Below, in pieces: positions 57,645 to 64,000 of a stretch of DNA of 64,000 nt; the stretch's first letter is position 1; the number at the start of each line of letters is the position of its first letter. Origin of the DNA: an uncultured virus (IMG/VR IMGVR_UViG_3300008117_000029). Lineage: Duplodnaviria; Heunggongvirae; Uroviricota; Caudoviricetes. The notes below the pieces were generated by a model. The model was not told where the DNA came from, searched no databases, and saw only the letters and a program-made list of their open reading frames with translations. The position numbers and the translations under genes are program-made. Where the stretch lies: IMG/VR virus record IMGVR_UViG_3300008117_000029, positions 62,001 to 126,000 of that record; one strand, 5' to 3'.

Positions 57645-59888
57645 ATGGCTTATATAATTAAAAATACTTCGGGTCTAATTAACACAAGATTAACTGACGT
57701 TGGTCGTAGAAAGATATCACAAGGGAATTTCAACATTTCTTATTTCCAAATAGGGGATAGTGAAGTTAATTATCAGGCCGTTCCTAACTATAATCAAACT
57801 AATAATAACATTTTGATGCCTGATTTCAATGCTCAAAATGACACAGGTTCCCCTCAGTCCAACAAAGAAAATGTGAAATATCCTTACTATGTTCAGGGTG
57901 GTATCGGTAACACATACGGAATACCTTACATGGATTCTACATTTCAAGAAGTTTATAATTCTGCTGGTGAAAAAGGATTTTTCATGACGGGAGGAACTCA
58001 AGGTAGTTGGACGGCACAAACTTCATCTGCATATACAATAACTTCTAACTATTGGGTTGCACAAGATACGCTCACAGGTCAAACAACGATAGACATCGAA
58101 TTAGATACAAACCCACTTACACTCGAGCCATCATCAGGAACACCCTCAATAGGTGATTTTGTTACATTAATACTCGGAGTAGGACTTACAGGTTTTGTAG
58201 GTAACTATCCTGTTTTCACATATAAAATTCAAAACATAAGCCCTTCAACAGGAACCTCTGGAACAACTCCATGGACACTTACCTTAGATAGAAGTGTTCC
58301 AGATTTAAGTTCTTTTTCATTATCAGGAGAATATGCAAGAGTTCTGATATATCCTTCAGGTATGACTGTTCTTTATGATTTCATAACACCAGCACCTTAT
58401 TGGCAGACTGACACTATTAATTTTGAATCACCATGTGATGTTTCAAACCGTGAAAATACTTTAATTTGGAACATGAATATTCCTTGGTCAGAAAGTCCTG
58501 CTGGTCTTTTCAGTAACGCTTATGAAGATTATACAAAATACGGTTCAGTAACTTACATCGGGACTAAAGAATATTTGGGATATCAAGAGCCTTCAGGTCA
58601 AACCGATACAAGTCAAGTTTTTTATTACAATTCGTTTGATGAGAAAGTAGTTGTTAGACCCCAAGACCAAAAAGCAATTGCAATCATACACTACACTAAT
58701 CAAGATATTGACCATGTTTATGGCGAGAAGTTTTCAACTATTCCTTATGACCCACAGAACCCTTCGAATCAAACAGGTTTAGCGAGACACCTTAAGGTTA
58801 CAATACCTACTTTGATGTGGCATAAGTCGACAGGAAACACAATTGGTCAAACATTCTTTATCGACCCACCAGGTTATGATTTATGTAAACCATACTATAT
58901 CAAATCAACCAAAAACATTGATATGAACGACCCTGGTATTCGTTATTATCATCTTTGGGATACAAATCCTGATAGTAATGGTAATTTGAATAGAATTGGC
59001 AAGGTTTTCCCTGATTCACAGACCATTGTAATTGACGATGAGGAGGTAATAGCGGCTATGTCTTATAAGGCTAATAGAAACTGGACTCTATCAGCACCTA
59101 AACTTTCTTATTTGGCACCTAATACTTGTTTCACGAACAACTCAACCGCCACAGGTTTACTTACTGCTGATACACAAACACTTTGGGTAACCTATAGATT
59201 CAACAATACAGGATTTACTGATTCATTACACTGTAATTATTATTCGAAAATTGTTGGACCTTCAACAGGTTGCACAGACACAAGTCAAAATGTTGCTGTC
59301 AGATTCGGACCAGAGTTTCAATTTTTGAATCAACCTTCACCTTCTTCTACGGCTATTAATCTGACAGGATATTGTGCAAACTCATTGATGATTCTTTGTC
59401 AAATGGTTTCAGGTGACACTAGACCAAGTCCAACTGATTGGAAATACATTGATGTTACAGACCAAATATCTGGTTCATCGGTTAATGGATATATTACAAT
59501 GTCAGGATTGACAGGCACAACATTCCAAATAGATTTGGCAACGTATCAAAGTGCAGTTACAAACAGTGATATATATAACCTCGCCTCTTACATAGACATT
59601 CCAACAAACAATCAAACAGATTATTTGAATTTTGGTGATGAGTATTACTTCTATGGTAATTTCACAACAGATATTTCGGCAACAATATATGAGATGAGAT
59701 ACTTGATAAATTTGGGAAGAAATCAATTCACTAACACTTCTAACCCAACATGGACAAGTGGAACTACTTCATATGTTACCGAAATTGGTCTTTACGATTC
59801 CAATAAAGACCTTATTGTTATATCTAAGCTACAGTCTCCCGAATTGAGACAAGGTATTCAACAATACGTAGTGAAATTAGATTTTTAA
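57645..59888 (+). CDS. Baseplate/tail-fibre attachment-like structural protein (DUF3751/P2 gpH N-terminal-like motifs at both ends)
   Basis: N-terminal LTDVGRRKISQG..ISYFQIGDSE and C-terminal YVTEIGLYDSNKDLIVISKL..P. Confidence 0.55.
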   Translation: MAYIIKNTSGLINTRLTDVGRRKISQGNFNISYFQIGDSEVNYQAVPNYNQTNNNILMPDFNAQNDTGSPQSNKENVKYPYYVQGGIGNTYGIPYMDSTFQEVYNSAGEKGFFMTGGTQGSWTAQTSSAYTITSNYWVAQDTLTGQTTIDIELDTNPLTLEPSSGTPSIGDFVTLILGVGLTGFVGNYPVFTYKIQNISPSTGTSGTTPWTLTLDRSVPDLSSFSLSGEYARVLIYPSGMTVLYDFITPAPYWQTDTINFESPCDVSNRENTLIWNMNIPWSESPAGLFSNAYEDYTKYGSVTYIGTKEYLGYQEPSGQTDTSQVFYYNSFDEKVVVRPQDQKAIAIIHYTNQDIDHVYGEKFSTIPYDPQNPSNQTGLARHLKVTIPTLMWHKSTGNTIGQTFFIDPPGYDLCKPYYIKSTKNIDMNDPGIRYYHLWDTNPDSNGNLNRIGKVFPDSQTIVIDDEEVIAAMSYKANRNWTLSAPKLSYLAPNTCFTNNSTATGLLTADTQTLWVTYRFNNTGFTDSLHCNYYSKIVGPSTGCTDTSQNVAVRFGPEFQFLNQPSPSSTAINLTGYCANSLMILCQMVSGDTRPSPTDWKYIDVTDQISGSSVNGYITMSGLTGTTFQIDLATYQSAVTNSDIYNLASYIDIPTNNQTDYLNFGDEYYFYGNFTTDISATIYEMRYLINLGRNQFTNTSNPTWTSGTTSYVTEIGLYDSNKDLIVISKLQSPELRQGIQQYVVKLDF

Positions 59889-59889
59889 T

Positions 59890-60492
59890 ATGGCTAAAAA
59901 TATTGTTAAAGACTCCCCTAAGATTTTAGGATTGGATGTGTCCACCAAAACTATTGGATGGGCTTTGTTTGATATTGAATCAAAAAATTTATTAGAACTT
60001 ACACATATTTCACCGGTCCCAAAACCAAAAAGTGAAAATAAAATCGAGGAACTCATTCTCAAATCGGGCATTTTTAGGAACAAACTTTCTGAATATGTAG
60101 GATTAGGAATCCAAAATGTCATTATCGAGGAACCACTACTTAATTCAAACAACGTGTATACGGTTGGAACTCTTATGAGGTTCAACACTTTGATTTGTAA
60201 AGAAGTGTATGATATCTTAGGAGTAGTTCCTGAATTTATGTCTACTTACAACTCAAGAAAATTTGCATTCCCACACTTAGTTCAGAAAAATGATAAAGGT
60301 AAATTTGTATTGTTCGGGGGTTTTCCTAAAGACATAGATAAAAAAGTTATCATATGGGAGTTGATTGCGAAAAGAGAACCACAAATTACTTGGTTATACA
60401 CAAAAAACAACACCCTTAAAAAAGAAAACTTCGACCAAACAGACGCTTACTGTGCAGCACTAGGTTACATGAAGATGAAAGAAATTTGGTGA
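59890..60492 (+). CDS. RuvC-like Holliday junction resolvase (RNase H fold)
   Basis: ILGLDVSTKTIGWALF, VIIEEP and DQTDAY acidic catalytic motifs. Confidence 0.8.
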   Translation: MAKNIVKDSPKILGLDVSTKTIGWALFDIESKNLLELTHISPVPKPKSENKIEELILKSGIFRNKLSEYVGLGIQNVIIEEPLLNSNNVYTVGTLMRFNTLICKEVYDILGVVPEFMSTYNSRKFAFPHLVQKNDKGKFVLFGGFPKDIDKKVIIWELIAKREPQITWLYTKNNTLKKENFDQTDAYCAALGYMKMKEIW

Positions 60493-60516
60493 TTTAAAGA
60501 ACAAAGCATATCTTTG
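60485..60516 (+). promoter_or_regulatory. Bacteroidota-type -33/-7 primary-sigma promoter
   Basis: TTTG (60485-60488), 20-nt spacer, TATCTTTG (60509-60516) = TAnnTTTG. Confidence 0.6.
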
Positions 60517-60520
60517 TGGT

Positions 60521-60889
60521 ATGCACATGTTGAGAACACCACACACAAAGTCAATTTCCAAAGTTGTAAAAAAATTTGGTAACAAGATACCCATATCCAA
60601 CTCACAACTCAAAGGAACTTTTACAATCAAAAACTACCGTTCATACTCTCACCTCGAAGAAGTAGATATAATATTCGAAGGGCAAATTTTCGTTCACTAT
60701 AATAGGAAAAAAGATTGGTATAGTTCTTCAGTCATGACTGACGTTTTTCCAAATGGGGGAAGAGTTTCAAAAATTAAAGTCAATCGATTCATAAGACGAA
60801 ACATTTTTTTTGATGTTAAAACTTACTTAAAGTATTTCGATATTGAAATACCCTATTATGATTTGATTAAGAAAATTATTTGGAAATGA
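60521..60889 (+). CDS. Basic hypothetical protein (~120 aa)
   Basis: ATG 60521 or 60527; K/R-rich; no motif recognised. Confidence 0.6.
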   Translation: MHMLRTPHTKSISKVVKKFGNKIPISNSQLKGTFTIKNYRSYSHLEEVDIIFEGQIFVHYNRKKDWYSSSVMTDVFPNGGRVSKIKVNRFIRRNIFFDVKTYLKYFDIEIPYYDLIKKIIWK

Positions 60890-61047
60890 TAATATTTTTT
60901 TACATTTGGGTCACGCTTCTTATTATAACGGTCGTTTTCTTCATTTTTGCTGGTTTCATAGAAAAAAATTTTGATGAAAATCATCCGGTAAAAAAATGGT
61001 GGAGAAAACACGTTGTGGCAGAAGCACCTAAAGATATCGACATATGA
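60886..61047 (+). CDS. Small membrane protein (53 aa), absent from the ORF track
   Basis: MIIFFYIWVTLLIITVVFFIFAGFIEKNFDENHPVKKWWRKHVVAEAPKDIDI; fills the gap exactly with ATGA overlaps at both ends. Confidence 0.7.
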   Translation: MIIFFYIWVTLLIITVVFFIFAGFIEKNFDENHPVKKWWRKHVVAEAPKDIDI

Positions 61048-61961
61048 GTGATGAAATAGAGGTTTTAGTTGAACTCCTTAGTGATTTTTTAGGTGAACCT
61101 AATCAGCACTATGAATCAAAGGGGCAAATATCTTTTGACTGCCCTGTCTGTGCGGATGAAAAAGGTTTGGATAAAGGAGACGGTAAAGGAAACCTTGAGA
61201 TTAACTATATCCGACACGTTTACAAATGTTGGGCTTGTGGTGAAACTCACGGAACACACGGACCCTTGGGTAAACTTTTCGATGGACATGCAACAAAACA
61301 ACAAAAGAAAGTTTACAATCTTATCAAACCCGAAGAGTTCAAACAGGAGGATAAAAAAAGACTCAGATTAAGACTACCTGAAGGGTTCACTTTATTTAAA
61401 GATTCAAATCCTAGATTCATTCCTCATATTGAAGCTTACAAATACCTTCAATCTCGTGGTATATCAGATGAAATGATTGAAAAATATAAGATTGGATATA
61501 CGGTTCAAGGAGATTTTGCATATAGAGTAATTATACCGTCTTTTGACAAAGAAGGTGTCTTGAATTATTTTGTTGGTAGAGCATGGGTTAATAAAAAGAT
61601 GAAATACAAAAATCCTGCTTCAGTCCCTAAAGACGAAATCATATTCAATGAAAAACTAATTGATTGGGATAAGGAAATATACCTCGTAGAAGGTGCCTTT
61701 GACTCATTCTTTCTTCCAAACCCGTTAGTGATGCTTGGTAAAAAAATGAGTAAACTCATTTTCGAAACCCTTTATACAAGGGCAAATGGAAATATTACAA
61801 TATGTGTCGATGGTGATGCTTGGGATGACGGTCTCAAAATGTATCACGAACTGAATGGAGGTCGTTTGTATAATAAAATAAAAATTGTTAAATTACCTAA
61901 AGACAAAGACGTTTGTGATTTGAAAGGTAACATCGAAGAATTCTATTATGAAATTAAGTAA
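61044..61961 (+). CDS. DNA primase (Zn finger + TOPRIM; DnaG/gp61-like)
   Basis: CPVC...CWAC zinc finger, YLQSRGI, YFVGR, LVEGAFD and DGDA TOPRIM motifs. Confidence 0.88.
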   Translation: MSDEIEVLVELLSDFLGEPNQHYESKGQISFDCPVCADEKGLDKGDGKGNLEINYIRHVYKCWACGETHGTHGPLGKLFDGHATKQQKKVYNLIKPEEFKQEDKKRLRLRLPEGFTLFKDSNPRFIPHIEAYKYLQSRGISDEMIEKYKIGYTVQGDFAYRVIIPSFDKEGVLNYFVGRAWVNKKMKYKNPASVPKDEIIFNEKLIDWDKEIYLVEGAFDSFFLPNPLVMLGKKMSKLIFETLYTRANGNITICVDGDAWDDGLKMYHELNGGRLYNKIKIVKLPKDKDVCDLKGNIEEFYYEIK

Positions 61962-62790
61962 CGTAGCCAATGAATTAAGGGAAATAATTTCCCGAAGACA
62001 AGACGAATTAGGTCTTACTTTCCAAGAAGAAAAACATATATACACAATGGATGGTAAGACAAGTTGGCCATCAGTTTCGAAAGTCTTGAAACATTTTTAT
62101 AAGCCATTTCCCACCGAGGAAGCTGCGTATAATAAAGCTGGTGGTGACCCTGAAAAACAACAACAACTTATCGAGGAATGGGCGGCAGCTGGTTCTTATT
62201 CCACGAATTTGGGAAGTAGAGTGCACTTCGTTTTGGAAGAAGAAGCCATTAAGAGATATGGTTCCTATAAAGAGGTTAGAAAACCTGTTTTCGAATGCGA
62301 TTTAACCCAACTCATGAAAAGTGATAAAATGATAGTTGCGGGTAAAAGATATTTGGATTTATTGGAACAAAGAGAAGTTGTATTGTTAGATACCGAGATG
62401 GTTCTCGGAGACCCTGAACTTGGTTATACGGGTCAACCTGATAAAGTATGGTTAACCCATAATGTTAATAAAAATGACTTCGGATTGTTAATTACAGATT
62501 GGAAAACAAATAAACCAAAAAACTTCCTTGAAAATGATTACACAGAAAGAATGTATGAACCTTTCGAGGAATTACCGAATAATGCCTTGGGACATTATTT
62601 TGTTCAATTACCTCTTTATGGAAAACTCTTATTGAAAATGTTAAAGGGTTCCAAATATGAAAATATCAAAGTTTATGGTTGTATTATTGCACATCTCAGA
62701 GAAGATACACAATTTGAAGAGTTCAGAGTTCCAAAAAAAGTAATCGAAACTGTGATGGGTATGGACATCAAAAAATATTTGAATAAATAA
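61948..62790 (+). CDS. PD-(D/E)XK (RecB/Cas4-like) exonuclease
   Basis: PSVSKVL, GSRVH, E..GQPD...ITDWKTNK and QLPLY motifs. Confidence 0.8.
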   Translation: MKLSNVANELREIISRRQDELGLTFQEEKHIYTMDGKTSWPSVSKVLKHFYKPFPTEEAAYNKAGGDPEKQQQLIEEWAAAGSYSTNLGSRVHFVLEEEAIKRYGSYKEVRKPVFECDLTQLMKSDKMIVAGKRYLDLLEQREVVLLDTEMVLGDPELGYTGQPDKVWLTHNVNKNDFGLLITDWKTNKPKNFLENDYTERMYEPFEELPNNALGHYFVQLPLYGKLLLKMLKGSKYENIKVYGCIIAHLREDTQFEEFRVPKKVIETVMGMDIKKYLNK

Positions 62791-62821
62791 TAATTTTTAC
62801 TATATTTTAAATAAAAACTGT

Positions 62822-63058
62822 ATGCAAGATTTAACCCCAAAAATTGATTTGAGACAATGTGACAACGTCAAGTGTGAGAACTGTGGTGGGATTTTTTTCC
62901 GTGAAGTATTACTTCTAAAAAGAGTTCCTGCACTGATGACAGGTTCCCGAGAAGACACAAATGTTCCCTTCTCAGTAACAAAGTGTGATAGTTGTGGACA
63001 TGTTAATAAAGGATTTAATCCATTTGAAGAAGAAACAAAATCATTAATTAATGATTAA
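62822..63058 (+). CDS. Small zinc-ribbon protein
   Basis: CENCG...CDSCGH pairs; upstream TTTG-N19-TATATTTT promoter-like element (62778-62808). Confidence 0.7.
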   Translation: MQDLTPKIDLRQCDNVKCENCGGIFFREVLLLKRVPALMTGSREDTNVPFSVTKCDSCGHVNKGFNPFEEETKSLIND

Positions 63059-63830
63059 AAAATTAGTCCATTTTTCTGACCTTCATATTAGGTTGTTCAA
63101 AGACCACGAACTTTATCGTGGGATTTTGATGCAAGCACTTAGCGAGTGGAAAGCTCTTGCGCCTGATAGAATTGTATTCACAGGTGACTTGGTTCACTCC
63201 AAAAATCAAATGACACCTGAATTGGTTGAATTTGTTGCTTGGGTTTTGGCTCAATGTGCTGAAATAACAAAAACAATTGTAATTATCGGTAATCATGATT
63301 TTTTGGAAAACAACAACACTCGTCTCGATGCATTGACACCGATAATAGACTCACTCAAAAACGAAAACATTTCTTATTTCAAAAACAGAGGTGTTTATGA
63401 GGATGATAATATTAATTGGTGTGTGTTCTCTCTCATGGAGCATAACATTCCACCTGAAATAAAAAAGTCAGAAAGAATTAATATAGGTTTATTTCATGGA
63501 CCCGTTCAAGGATTATACACTGATATTGGTTATAAGTTTGAGGATGGTTTCGATTCGAACAAATTCAAAGGGTGTGATTTAGTTCTATGTGGCGATATTC
63601 ACAAAAGGCAGATATTTGACATACCTGGTGGTAAGAAAGCTTATATGATTGGTTCCACTATACAACAAAACTTTGGTGAAACAGTAAGGAAACACGGATA
63701 CGGAGTATACGAAATCGAAAAAGACGAATACACTTTCATTGATTTACCTAACCCTAAACCTTTCCTTTCATTCTATATTAATTCAATTGATAATTTAGAG
63801 AAGGGAACTGAAAAGTTAGTTAATTATTAA
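63051..63830 (+). CDS. Mre11/SbcD/gp47-like metallophosphoesterase nuclease
   Basis: SDLH, TGD, GNHD, FHG and GDIH calcineurin-like motifs, GS..QQNFGE. Confidence 0.88.
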   Translation: MIKKLVHFSDLHIRLFKDHELYRGILMQALSEWKALAPDRIVFTGDLVHSKNQMTPELVEFVAWVLAQCAEITKTIVIIGNHDFLENNNTRLDALTPIIDSLKNENISYFKNRGVYEDDNINWCVFSLMEHNIPPEIKKSERINIGLFHGPVQGLYTDIGYKFEDGFDSNKFKGCDLVLCGDIHKRQIFDIPGGKKAYMIGSTIQQNFGETVRKHGYGVYEIEKDEYTFIDLPNPKPFLSFYINSIDNLEKGTEKLVNY

Positions 63831-63831
63831 G

Positions 63832-64000
63832 ATGGAAGTTAAACTTAATCTTTCCAAAGATGAACTTAAAGAATTGGTTTCTTATTGTAATCTCAACGAT
63901 TTACTTATAAGCTCAGTTGTCAAGGAATCCTTTACAACTGGATTCAACATTGAAAGATATGGTTTGTTAAATGCTGGACCAAAAGTGACCGAAAAAGAAG
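63832..64000 (+). CDS. Hypothetical protein, N-terminal part (runs off the window)
   Basis: ATG 63832, MEVKLNLSKDELKELVSYCNLND..., open to the window end. Confidence 0.6.
   Translation, partial: MEVKLNLSKDELKELVSYCNLNDLLISSVVKESFTTGFNIERYGLLNAGPKVTEKE

Noticed and set aside
60879..60908. TTTG-N18-TACATTTG as a second Bacteroidota promoter
   Set aside because: Spacer shorter than the usual 19-21 nt and it lies inside coupled coding sequence; may be chance
61948..62790. Cas4-like nuclease as evidence of CRISPR-Cas
   Set aside because: Standalone PD-(D/E)XK exonucleases are common in phage replication modules; no Fe-S Cys cluster and no array
1588..63296. Numerous 60-120 aa ORFs nested in or antisense to the long genes
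   Set aside because: Fully overlap well-supported genes, often have non-ATG starts and show no recognisable motifs
1..64000. tRNA/rRNA genes; eukaryotic giant-virus origin suggested by mucin/collagen-like proteins
   Set aside because: No cloverleaf or rRNA-like sequence in the short intergenic gaps; gp25/gp6 baseplate, gp32/gp41-like genes, coupled operons and rho-independent terminators indicate a tailed bacteriophage

Overview
The window is a gene-dense, AT-rich segment of a large contractile-tailed (myovirus-type) dsDNA phage. The host is probably Bacteroidota, based on SprB-type repeats, a TTTG-N20-TAnnTTTG promoter, and A-rich leaders that mostly lack Shine-Dalgarno motifs. It holds two replication/recombination blocks. 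The first (10.5-18.1 kb) has gp32-like SSB, RecA/UvsX, a 5'-3' exonuclease, a DnaB/gp41 helicase and class II RNR. The second (59.9-64 kb) has a RuvC-like resolvase, primase, a PD-(D/E)XK nuclease and an Mre11/gp47-like nuclease. These are interleaved with baseplate/tail genes (gp53/LysM-like, a 2562-aa hub-like protein, gp25, gp6/J, gp7/gpI-like, DUF3751-like). The most unusual part is 33-58 kb, a cluster of putative surface/fibre proteins: a ~1900-aa proline-free Gly-X-Ser collagen-like protein (one frameshift near 42231), four mucin-like Thr-Pro-repeat Cys-rich proteins, and SprB-repeat proteins. This cluster surrounds an opposite-strand, translationally coupled three-gene operon: a GT9-like enzyme, a 1229-aa FkbM-MTase/GT-A/GT4/Aah-TibC-type protein O-heptosyltransferase fusion, and a second FkbM methyltransferase. 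Together they suggest a phage-encoded virion protein O-glycosylation/methylation system, which is an inference. A TATTTAT motif recurs just upstream of structural genes (candidate late promoter), and none of the 41 called stop codons is TAG. All family assignments come from motif recognition by eye; no database searches were run.
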